This document shows, piece after piece, positions 1-11,193 of a stretch of 64,000 bases of DNA (positions within the stretch are counted from its first letter, which is position 1; each line of letters starts with the position of its first letter). The DNA comes from Mobula hypostoma (Eukaryota). The translations under genes were made by a program, and so were the position numbers. The notes beneath the pieces are model-generated. The model did no database searches. It was given only the letters and a program-made list of their open reading frames with translations, and was not told where the DNA came from. Location of the stretch: assembly GCF_963921235.1 (NCBI RefSeq), contig NC_086097.1:210492001-210556000 (forward strand). Direction: 5' to 3'.

Positions 1-3000
1 TGCTGGATGACCCACTGAGTTCTTCCAGCAGATTGTCTGTGAATAAAAAAAATGGAACTGTGACATTGTTGATGTAAAGGAAAACAAGAGTGCGGTAATA
101 TACTGTCCTTGGCCCATGTGAGAAAGTATGACTTTTCACAAGGAAACAATTCATGTGGCTATTTGTATCTAACAACTCATCTCTCTGATTCATAATGCTA
201 CAGATACACTTGTAGCATTATCTTACAAAACAAAAGTACAAGCTCTCTATTTCCCTGCAGTACATAAAGGAGGTACAATGCATAATATAAATCTTATTGA
301 GTCAAGACTTATACCCAGGGAAAAAAAATTATTATAAAACTAAAGGCACCCTGAAAAATGAACTCTTTATTTCAACAGATGTTGAGTGTTTCCTGCAATT
401 TCTGTTTTAGGTAAAGCAAACTTTACATTGAGTAAAAGGCAATGTTGTCAGTTGATTCAGAATTTCAATGGTGCCATGATAAATTTCACTGAAAATCCAA
501 ATAAATTAGTACATTTTGATTTCGCTATTATTGTTTTAATAATTCCACACATTCATTGTATGAAATGGGTAGTGAATTCTTGAAAGAGGAAATCAAGAAG
601 TAAATATTTTTCAGTTGCCATAAGCATGAATAATTTAAGCCCTTTTCAATGGAAACTAAATAACCAATAATTGTATTTAATTGCATTTGACATTTAAGAT
701 AAATACAATATTTAACTTTTCCTCTGGCTTGTCATTCACTGTTCACTGAGCTCTCAATAAATCTGATATGGGCGAACAAAATTCTGCTTAGCATTCTGAT
801 TCCCCAGCCAGACTCCTTTGATTCTTCTGACCTTGTCAATGAGTTCTTCCTGATTAGCATTTAGAATGGCATTACAGATTGAAAACCTCTCATTCTTCTC
901 TTCATAAGTTGTTGACTTAGTGCTGCATATTTTTCATTCATTGTTCCTTTCCCATTAAAGGCAGCAGTTACATTTTCATCTGAGTTCATGATTATTGCAA
1001 GATGTGTCAAAAGGAGAAACATGCCTGATTGAAGTAAAATTAATTGCAATTATAAACAAGTTTAAACATGAATATAGGGATATTTTACATTTTCTGATAC
1101 TGATGATTGGTTTATATAATGACACATTCTCTTGATTCTGTAAACTTATGTCTCCCATTGAAAGTCCTGAAATAAATTCTGCTTACGTGCAGCTATCAAT
1201 TACATCCATAAGTTTTCATTCTGTATTCAAGAACTTGATTGAATACACTCTGCAGAACATCACCACCACCCTTTCAGGTCAAAGTGCCATGCCCTAAGCA
1301 AAATACAAAATTATATGAGATATTTACTTCATAATGAACTTTGTACAAGTTGAATAACTGTGAAAATAAATGAAATATATAATAAAAAGAAGCCTTTTTT
1401 GAAACTGGATTAATTTTATCCAAGAAGATTTTAAAAAAATTGTTTTGCAAACTCACAATATTTAGATTATTGAACTGAGTGTAAAATGTGAAATATTAAT
1501 TCTTACAAAAAATTAAGTTCTGCAGAATCAGTAGCAGCAGAATAATGGTTCAGCCTTTAGTTCAAAGTCTTCGTTAAAAAAGGGTATCTGCAAGAATTAG
1601 GTTGCCTGGTTTTTTACATGGGTAAATTTGGCTTGCTTCAAGTGATAACCCAAATTCTTTGTAAGGCAATTTGATCTTGAGAGTTGTTGCATTTCAACTA
1701 ATCTCTGGAGCTTCATGGAAGTTATATTCATTATTCGTTTTTTTTCACCAGTCTCCTTAATGGAACTCGGTCTGTGGCAACCATGAAAGGTAACTCTCAG
1801 TAGAAACTATTTAGTTATAATTAATGTGAGTAATAGTTTTCTAAGAATTTCTTTACATTGGTATTTATGCTTAAGTTGGAAAGGTAATGACTGTTAGTGG
1901 TTTGATCCTATTTGTGTTGACCCTCAGAATCTTAACCTTCTTTTGACTTGGATGTTTAAAATAAAGCTGTATCTGCTCTCTCGGGTAAACATAGGAGATA
2001 ATATGGTGATATTTCAAAGAGATTAAGAAAGTCAATCTAAAACTTATTTCTCATTCAACAACACTACAAAATTGTTTACTAGTGGTAACCATATTTTTTA
2101 TGGGAATTGTATGGAAGGTGTCTTCCATGCTTCATGTATAAATATGATTCCTTTTCAAAAAGAGACTGCTGACTGTGGAAGGTGTGTCAAGAATGAGTCT
2201 TTTTCTTTTGTTTTTAAATTCTGTTGTATCCAGTATCTGTGTATTGATTTACCTCCACATCATACAGAGTAACTGAATGATATTCCCTCTTCATGTTAGA
2301 AGTTATTTGCTATTTTTTGAAAGTTCTGATATTCAAGATCAGTCAACCTTCAATTGCCCACAGGGAGCTAAGTCTCTATGTTGCTTAACATAAAATAAAG
2401 TAGATATAAAGCATCTTTTTTTAGGCACTGTGTCATCATATCCACTGGAGATACTGATTTGATTTTCAGGATTCTCACAAGCAAGACATCTACACTAGCA
2501 GTTCAGTCTACTTCATTTAGAGCCTATTGTGTGCATCCATGAAGTAATCGGGAGCACATCATGACAGCTTTCATCAGTACCACACAGATGCCGTTAGCAG
2601 AGGCTTCCACTTTAGTACTTCTCAACAGCTGTGTCATCTCATCCATATAATTCGCCCGATTAGATTCACTTAGAATGAATGCACCTGGCCAATGAGTGTG
2701 GTACCTGCTGAGTTGGAGAGATGTTTATACCACCTACTTGTTTCTAGCCCCTCTTGTGCCAACTTCTTACTATTGAAAAATACTTTACAAAATGAAATGT
2801 CTTAGAGCCATTGATTATGCAACATATTCATGATCAACATAATGATATGCCCCACACTGGTACATTATTCACAAATTGAACATTATTTGCTGTTTCAAAT
2901 ATATGAGGTCATCTGAAGTGAATCTACAAAACTGTCTTATCCTTCCCTTCAATGGCATCTATCCTAATCATTTATGCAACTTATTCCCTATAGAGGCTGA

Positions 3001-3774
3001 GTTATCACAGATTGTTTCCCTGGTGCTGACTATGCATTGACCTCCTTTGAATAAATAGCTAAATAGTGTTTTTTTTTTGATCAATGAGAGTTAACGTAAG
3101 GGGTTCTCTGAAATAACTCACATTCTGCATGATGTGATGGGTAGGTAGAATGTGTATATTGTTTAGGCTATCAGACCATGCACAGTGAGAAAACACTCCA
3201 AAGTTATACAAGGAAGTTAGACTACCCGTTAAAGGCTTTAAAACAATGTGAAAGAAATGGGCAAAGAATGCAATGCTCTGATGATCAGCCACTCTCTGTC
3301 ATTCTTAAGCCATACCGGTTCAGTTGAGAAGTTTACTATTTGTCCCTAAAATTGTCACTTCCTTCAAGGCCACTCCTTCTTTCAAATCATACAAGATCTG
3401 TACACAATCTCAAAATTAAATTAGTTCATAGACCCAAAATGCTAACTGCTTCTCTTTCCACAGATGCTGCCAGACTTGCTGAATTCTTCCAACACTTTCT
3501 TCTTTTGCTTCTGTTCACAAAATATGGGTTTCCTATTGCTTGCACATTATCTTTGTGACTCTTTAGTACCCATGCACATTATATACATGCAGAAAGCTTA
3601 TTAAGATCTGACCTAGTAGAACCTAACAGGGCAATCAGATTGGGTTACTTGGGTTCAGACTGAATTGGCCTTTTATGTCATGCATACCATTGACAGATAA
3701 TTCCCCATTGCTACCAATGAGAAGTCCCACTCTGGCTGATTGAGTGAAATCTGTGCATTCTTTCTCATTTGTTC

Positions 3775-3875
3775 TCCAGTCCTAATGAAGCGTTTTGGCC
3801 CGAAATATCAACTGTTTACTCTTTTCCATGGATGCTGCCTGGCCTGCTGAGTTCCTCCAGCATTTTGTGTGTTGG
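3775..3875 (+). mobile_element. Short Penelope-like (PLE) terminal fragment beginning at a degenerate hammerhead motif
   Basis: Direct repeat TCATTTGTTC at 3765-3774 and 3876-3885. Insert starts TCCAGTC-CTAATGA...CCCGAAA and continues with the family motif GATGCTGCCTGGCCTGCTGAGTTCCTCCAGCATTTTGTGTG. Confidence 0.75.
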
Positions 3876-3939
3876 TCATTTGTTCACAATTCCTTTGCGA
3901 TTTTGCTCTGAACTCTGATAAACAATGAACAATCTGAAA

Positions 3940-4585
3940 TATTGATGTACTTTCTAAAGAGTTTAAAGAGGTTCAACTTGTCACTGAACACTCTTAACAA
4001 ACTTGTACAGATGTTCTGTTGAAAGTATTGACTGATTGCATCTTGGATTGGTATGGCAATTTGAATGCACAGGGATGTAAGAATCTGCAGAGTAGTAGAC
4101 CCTGCCTAAAACATTCCTCCCTGCCATTGGTAGTATCTACAGAAGGCGCCACCTCAAGAAGGAACCATCCATGGTCATCCCTTCTTCTTGCAGCTACAAT
4201 TGGGCAGGAGGTACAGAAGCTTTAACTCCCACAACATCAACTTCAAGAACAATTATTTCCTTCACCCAATTGGCTCTTGACCAGCCAGGCAAATCCTAAT
4301 AACAAACAACAGGAATTCTGCAGATGCTGGAAATTCAAGCAACAAAATCCTAATAACTACAGTTTAGTTACACCTTCAGCACTTTAATCACTTTGCATTA
4401 AAATTAACATTTATTGTATTAAATATGTTCTTTCTTGTAAAATTTGTGCATAGTTTCTGTTTAATTTATGCTTTTCTTGTCCCTACTGCTTACCTGATGC
4501 AATGTGCCTGAGATACTGCAGCAGGTTTTACACTGCACCTATGCATGCATCCTCTTGTGTATGTGACAATTAATTCAACTTTAAC
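3940..4585 (+). mobile_element. Degenerate 3' fragment of Rex1/Babar-type LINE
   Basis: Remnant 'VLTDCILDWYG' (ORF 4019) resembles 'ESILTGCITVWYG' at 24625. Followed by an AT-rich 3' UTR. Confidence 0.6.
4304..4344 (-). mobile_element. 41-bp extremely 5'-truncated PLE insertion
   Basis: Perfect 13-bp direct repeat AAATCCTAATAAC at 4291-4303 and 4345-4357. Insert is nearly identical to the terminus of the 27059 insertion. Confidence 0.8.
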
Positions 4586-5287
4586 ATAATGTGCTCCCTT
4601 TCTGTTTCCCACTCTGTATCTCCTCTTTCACTCTGTGCTGAATATTCCCATGATTTTTCTGTTTTCACATTTCACCTCTGATTATCTTCTATCGCTGTAT
4701 TTGTGTTAGATCACTTCAAAAAAAGCACCAGGAAGTCATGGAACACAAGATTCTGTATTATTCTTTCCCTGTACTTGTTATTCAGTGAATGAAAGTCACT
4801 GGCATTCTCTTTACCTTGGTCTTGTGGGACTTTAAATTCTAAAACAACATTATTGTTTCCAAAACTTACAAACATTCTCACTAATTAAACATTCCCTTGC
4901 TCCATCAAGGAACCAACCACCTGGTGAACACCAGAATCTTTTATTCCACCTGGGAAACCTATTTGGAAGGATAATTTAACATACAGCAATTTGAGAATTA
5001 GCTTATCCAAAAGTCAAATAGTATTTCTTATCTGAAATGTGAACTAGCATTCCTCACCCAAAAAGAAAAAAACCGCACTGAACAATCAATGATATCTAAT
5101 GTACAAAACGGAAATCCACCATGATGTGGTAGATGTAGTAAATCATCAATAAATTAGCCATGATGGAATGGTAGAGCATTCACAATGTGCTAAATGGCCT
5201 AGTTCTGCTCCTATGTGTTATATTTTTATATAATATCAGAAGTCATTTTCTTGGTCTTACCCAAGAAGAGGATCCTTCAGTTCAGAT

Positions 5288-5433
5288 CACAAACAAAAAA
5301 AAAATCTGCAGATGCTGGGAATGTGAGCAACACACACAAAATGCTGGAGGAACTCAGCAGGCCAGGCAGCATCTAGAAAAAGTGTGTAGTCGACGGTTCA
5401 GGCTGAAACCCTTCGGCAGGACTGGTGGTGCAC
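5288..5433 (-). mobile_element. Short PLE terminal fragment containing a hammerhead-like motif
   Basis: 14-bp direct repeat CCTTCAGTTCAGAT at 5274-5287 and 5434-5447. Minus strand of 5387-5425 reads CCAGTC-CTGCCGA-AGGGTTTCAGCCT-GAAC-CGTC-GACTA. Confidence 0.8.
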
Positions 5434-5744
5434 CCTTCAGTTCAGATGGTGACCTCACAATGAATATTTCCAATTTTAATTTTGCTTTATTTTGTCAAAT
5501 TGTATCCGACTATAAGATTGGAACCCTGGCAATATTTAGTAGTTCAACAGATCAATAGTTCCATTTAATATAAGAGAATGTATGCAATATACAACCTGAA
5601 ATTCTTGTTCTTCACTGACATCCATGAAAACAGAGGAGCGCCCCAAAGCATGAGTGATTTAAACCAAACAATTAAAATTACAGAAGCTGATCTTAAACTT
5701 CAGATCCAGTGTTCCAAGTGATTAAATTTCCAAGTGAGTATGCT

Positions 5745-5890
5745 GTAATTGATTGATTGATTTATTTATTAATTATTATTATTATTTTTCATCTATATTA
5801 TGTATTGCATTCAACTGCTGCTGCTAAGTTAACAAATTTCACGACACGTTCCGGTGATAATAAGCCTGATTCTGATTCTGATTCAGATTC
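5745..5890 (+). repeat. 3' tail of a Rex1/L2-like LINE ending in (GATTCT)n
   Basis: Same sequence occurs inverted at ~36520-36600. Ends in a short tandem tail. Confidence 0.55.
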
Positions 5891-6228
5891 CAATCATCTG
5901 AAATAATATTTATAGAAGATCTATGGAAGCCCTTGAGAAATTATTGAAACATTAAGTCTGATGATCTTGAGTACATTTGTGGAAATTCAGCCCTTTAATG
6001 TTTAACATAAAGTTTTAACTATACAATTATAGAATGATTTCTTCACTTTATTGAACTTATGGAAGATAAAAATAATTAGGAATATGAAAGTGTTATTATA
6101 ACCTGAACTCTTGGTTTGTATGTAAATAGTTTATATTCCTGTCATATATCTTTGAAATATTGGTAAAATCTTTCTGAATATTTATCGTTCTCTGCTTACA
6201 TCTGCAGTGTGTGGTGTTGCTTTATAAA

Positions 6229-6620
6229 CTTACTTACTTACTGCCCGTTTAGCCACTGGTGTTGAGGGCAGTAATGAAGGTCCTCCATCTCTGTCTGTCC
6301 TTGGCCAGCTTCTCTATTGTGCCCCAGGTATGGTTCAGGGTCAGCCGTGCAAGTCCCAGGTGGAGACTCAGGAATACTGTCATTCACAGATATAGAAGGA
6401 TTCTTCATTGCTGTTTCCATAACAGTTTTTTTGACCAGTCATGGTTGTTAGCCCTAAGCTGAACCCCGAACCTGAAGGACCAATGAACCACTCTGAGTCT
6501 GACTTCCACCCTTTGACCTGTTTGGCATGGATGACCCTACCAAGTATCAAAGCACAAGTCCATGACTCCAGCCAACATAGCTCTCCATTGGAGCACGCAA
6601 GGTTGAGGCCCTTTTGAAGG
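6229..6620 (-). mobile_element. RTE-like non-autonomous or deleted element
   Basis: (AAGT)n tail on the minus strand, preceded by a frame reading DRQRWRTFITALNTSG, resembling an RTE ORF C-terminus. Confidence 0.5.
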
Positions 6621-7364
6621 TTACTTTTATAAAGATGTGTAATAAATATATTGGGAATATTTTATTAATTGCATACTGAACAAACTAGCGGATCTTTATT
6701 TGGAAAGCTGCAAAGACCTTTTTGTGAAAACCAAACTATGAAAAATCATTTGTTTCACTACCAGGCTCAGGTTTTGATGCTTTAAATGGAAACTGAGAAT
6801 GAATATTGTGCCTGGCACGATTCTTATTCAAAACAATCATCAGATGAATTTGAAGAGTTCTGATGTCTTTTGTTCAGTAGGATACATGGAAGCAGATCTT
6901 AAATGCACCTGCACAGCTAAAGCACATTTAGTTTGAAAACACCTGGTACAGTGTTGTATGAATATCTTCTTGCAATTGCACTGTAGTTATACATTGTAAT
7001 TCCTTCTGGCTTGTAAGATCTTCCTGCTTGCTGGAATAGCTCTCTGTTGCCTTATGTATATAACTGATGACACACAGAATCTATTCCTCCCACTTAGTTT
7101 AACATCATCACAAAGAAGTTTTTATTATTCCAATTCCAACAAGTAAACTGGATACTAGTTACTTTGTTGATTTATGTCAAGCAGATTGCAAGATCCTCGA
7201 GCTGTCTGTACTAGTACTCAAGCAAAATTAGAAGATGACAGTGAATTTACAGGAAATGGTAATGTTTTTTTCAACAATGAAAGTAGACAAAAAATGGACT
7301 ATTTTCTGGATGATGCAATTATCACCCACCATTTAACGTAGGAACCTCAGGCTGCAGAGACAGT

Positions 7365-7920
7365 ACTGTCAATCCATGGCCTCCTCTACGGTCGAGATGA
7401 AGCCACACTCAGGTTGGAGGAACAACACCTTATATTCCGTTTGGGTAGCCTCCAACCTGATGGCATGAACATTGATTTCTCTAACTTCCGTTAATGTCCC
7501 TCCTCCCCTTCTTACCCTATCCCTATTTATTTATTTATTTATTTATTTAATCCCCTCTTCCCCCGCCCCCACAATAACTCCTTGCCTGTTCTCCATCTTC
7601 CTCTGGTGCTCCCCTCCCCTTTCTCTCTTCCAAAGCCTTCCATCTCATGATACTCCCTCTTCTCCAGCCTTGTATCCGTTTTGCCAATCAACTTCCCTGC
7701 TCATGGCTTCATCCCTCCCCCTCCTGTCTTCTCCTATCATTTTGGGTCTCCCCCTCCCACTTCAAATCTCTTACTATCTCTTTTTTCCATTAGTCATGAC
7801 AAAGGTTCTTGACCTGAAATGTTGATTCTTCCCACAGATACTGCCTGGCCTGCTGCGTTCCACCAGCATTTTGTGTGTGTTGCTTGAATTTCCAGCTTCT
7901 GCAAATTTTCTTGTGTTTGC
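7365..7920 (+). mobile_element. PLE 3' portion: GIY-YIG endonuclease C-terminal remnant plus pseudo-LTR
   Basis: Plus frame reads SIHGLLYGRDEATLRLEEQHLIFRLGSLQPDGMNIDFSNFR*, then a pyrimidine-rich tract, degenerate hammerhead (~7791-7827) and the common family tail. Confidence 0.75.
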
Positions 7921-8149
7921 TGTGATTTCTATGATAATTGTGTTTCTTCCTGCAACTTCAGTCCAATTCTAGAGCATCTTTCTCCATGTTTCCCTTTCAC
8001 TGCACCCACATCTTGCAAATCTCTCCTGCTGCATCCCTCTCCCGTGAACTGCCCTCCTGCAAACTCCCTCCTGCTCACTGCCTTGTGACCTGCTCATTTG
8101 CACTTCCCTCCTTTGCATTTCCTTCTTCGGGATCCCTGTTCTTTGCAGC

Positions 8150-8460
8150 CCTCTCATTACCCCTCAACCACCAGGCTCTTGAACCAGGATGGATAACTTC
8201 ATTCATTTCAATGCTGTACCGATTCCTCAACCTGTGGACTCACTAGCAGGTACTCTGCAACTCATGTTCTCAGTAACATCTATCTATTTATTGTTTTTTT
8301 ATCTATACAGTTCATCTTGTTTTGCACATTGGTTGTTTGTCACTCTTAGTGTGTAGTTTTCCATTGACTCTATTGTATTTCTTTGTTCATCTATGAATCA
8401 CAGGGTAGTATATGGTGAAATATATGTAGTTTGATAATTAATTTATCTTAAACTCTGAAA
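8150..8460 (+). repeat. Rex1-type LINE 3' UTR remnant
   Basis: Similar to 11130-11190 plus 14345-14590 (GGACTCACT...CAGGGTAGTATATGGTGA...TTTGATAAT). Confidence 0.55.
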
Positions 8461-8660
8461 TTATGTAGCTCTGCATTTTTCTCTTTTGCAGCTCCATCCT
8501 TTATACTTCACTCCTCGGCAATCTCCTCTTACCTAGCTCCCTCCCGTATAATTCACTCCTTTGTCCCAGCCCCCCCCCCCATGTACCTCCCTCAGGTTCT
8601 GATGCCACGACAACAAACTGTCATTGTCATGGATTATCATTGCTATTGCCTTCTTGTGTT

Positions 8661-9790
8661 AGAAACATAGAAACATAGAAAATAGGTGCAGGAGTAGGCC
8701 ATTCGGCCCTTCGAGCCTGCACCACCATTTCTTATGATCATGGCTGATCATCCAACTCAGAACCCAGCCTTCCCTCCATACCCCCTGACCCCTGTAGCCA
8801 CAAGGGCCATATCTAACTCCCTCTTAAACATAGCCAATGAACTGGCCTCAACAGTTTGCTGTGGCAGAGAATTCCACAGATTCACCACTCTCTGTGTGAA
8901 GAAGTTTTTCCTAATCTCGGTCCTAAAAGGCTTCCCCTCTATCCTCAAACTGTGACCCCTCGTTCTGGACCTCCCCAACATCGGGAACAATCTTCCCGCA
9001 TCTAGCCTGTCCAATCCCTTTAGGATCTTATACGTTTCAATCAGATCCCCCCTCAATCTTCTAAATTCCAACGAGTACAAGCCCAGTTCATCCAGTCTTT
9101 CTTCATATGAAAGACCTGCCATCCCAGGAATCAATCTGGTGAACCTTCTTTGTACTCCCTCTATGGCAAAGATGTCTTTCCTCAGATTAGGAGACCAAAA
9201 CTGCACACAATACTCCAGGTGTGGTCTCAACAAGGCCTTGTACAACTGCAGTAGTACCTCCCTGCTCCTGTACTCGAATCCTCTCGCTATAAATGCCAGC
9301 ATACCGTTCGCCTTTTTCACCGCCTGCTGTACCTGCATGCCCACTTTCAATGACTGGTGTATAATGACACCCAGGTCTCATTGCACCTCCCCTTTTCCTA
9401 ATCGGCCACCATTCAGATAATAATCTGTTTTCCTATTTTTGCCACCAAAGTGGATAACTTCACATTTATCCACATTAAATTGCATCTGCCATGAGTTTGC
9501 CCACTCACCCAACCTATCCAAGTCACCCTGCATCCTCTTAGCATCCTCCTCACTGCTAACACTGCCACCCAGCTTCGTGTCATCCGCAAACTTGGAGATG
9601 CTGCATTTAATTCCCTCATCCAAGTCATTAATATATATTGTAAACAACTGGGGTCCCAGCACTGAGCCTTGCGGTACCCCACTAGTCACCGCCTGCCATT
9701 CTGAAAAGGTCCCGTTTATTCCCACTCTTTGCTTCCTGTCTGCTAACCAGTTCTCCACCCACACCAATACCTTACCCCCAATACCGTGTG
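8661..9790 (-). mobile_element. Young 5'-truncated CR1-clade LINE (RT C-terminal half plus 3' UTR)
   Basis: ORFs 9378-9812 ([17 protein letters not shown]) and 8757-9350 (RPHLEYCVQFWSP, RTRGH) separated by one stop. (TTCTATGT)n tail. Possible TGTGTT duplication at 8655-8660 and 9787-9792. Confidence 0.92.
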
Positions 9791-10032
9791 TTCTGTAAAA
9801 CACATTCAGCATATCACCTTCTGAATGTTGTCAGTGTGATGGTCTCAAAAGCTTGAACAATCAGCAAAATCCTGAGATGTTAATTTATTAATATGTGACA
9901 TCTTATTCAGATAGGGTAATGAAATCTTTAATTATTAATGTGAAATGTATCTTACACGTGTGTTTCATCATCAGGTTTGCAAGTTCAGGAAGTTTTGTGT
10001 TAGCAATGTTCAGTTTAATATCAGAGAATGTA

Positions 10033-10700
10033 CAGTGCCTATAAAAGGAATTCATCACCTCCTTGGAGGATTTCATGTTTTATTGTTTTACAACATTGAA
10101 TCACAGTGGATTTAATTTGTTTTTTTGACACTGATCAACAGAAAAATACTCTTCTGTGTCAAAGTGAAAACAGATCTCTACGAAGAGACCTAAATTAATT
10201 GCAAATATAAAAACATTATAATTAATTGCATAAGTATTCACTCCCTTCAAGTCAGTATTTAGTAGATGCACCGTTGGCAGCAATTATAACCTTGAGTCTG
10301 TGTAGATAGGTCTCTAACAGCTTTGCACATCTGGACACTGCAATTTTTTCCCCATTCTTCTTTACAAAACTACTTAAGTTCTGTCAGATTGCAGGGGGAT
10401 CGTGAGTGAACATGCCTTTCAAGTCCAGCCACAAATTCTCAATTGGATTGAGGTCTGGACTCTAACTTGGCCACTCCAGGACATTGTTGTTTTTAAGCCA
10501 TTCCTGTGTAGTTTTGGCTTTATGCTTGGGTTCATTGTCTTGCTGGAAATCCTCTCCCAAGTCACAGTTCGTTTGTAGACTGCATTAAATTTTCCTCCAG
10601 CATTTCCCTATATTTTGCTGCATTCATTTAACCCTCTACCTTCACAAGTCTTCCAGAACATGCTACAGTGAAGCACCCCCATAGCATGATGCAGCCATCA
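10033..10700 (-). mobile_element. Tc1/mariner DNA transposon fragment (one end plus transposase C-terminus)
   Basis: TA-CAGTG terminus at 10031-10037. Minus strand near 10670-10700 reads DGCIMLWGCF, close to the Tc1 GGSIMLWGCF motif. Confidence 0.7.
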
Positions 10701-11193
10701 GAACTTTAAATTCCTTGGTGATATCATATCAGAGGATCTCTCCAGGGATCAGCACGTAAGTGCCATTTCAAAGAAAGCAATGCAGTGTCTCTACTTTCTT
10801 AGAGGTTTGCACAGATTCAGCAGGTCATCTAAAACTTTGACAAGATTCTGTAGATGCACAATGGAAAGTATCTTGATTGATTGCACCAGGGTCTGGCATA
10901 GAAGAATCAATGCCCAAGAACAGAAAAGACTAGGAAATGTGGTGGATACAGCCCAGTCCATCAAAGGAAAAGCCTTTCCACCACTGAGCACAATGACAAA
11001 GAGCGCTGCCACAAGAAAGCAGCAGCATCCATCATCAAGGACCCCCACCATCCAGGCCACGCTCTCTTCTTGCTGCTACCATTGGGAAGAAGGTACAGAA
11101 GTCTTAGGACCCATAACACCAGGTTCAAGAATAGTTATTAACTTTCAACCATCAGCCTCCTGAACCAGTGTGGACAACTTCACTCATCACCAC
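10701..11193 (+). mobile_element. Rex1/Babar-type LINE 3' fragment; tail resumes at ~14340-14590 after the hAT insertion
   Basis: FKFLG..ISEDL and ORF 10780 (LYFLRGLHRF...ESILIDC..VW). 3' UTR is split at CACTCATCACCAC / CTGAACTGAT. Confidence 0.7.

Noticed and set aside
1..3700. Short ORFs and unique-looking AT-rich sequence as a host gene or conserved element
   Set aside because: No recognisable domains or consistent splice structure. Conservation cannot be judged from one sequence.
7472..8246. Pro/Leu/Ser-rich ORFs of 117 and 102 aa
   Set aside because: By-products of pyrimidine-rich repeat sequence.
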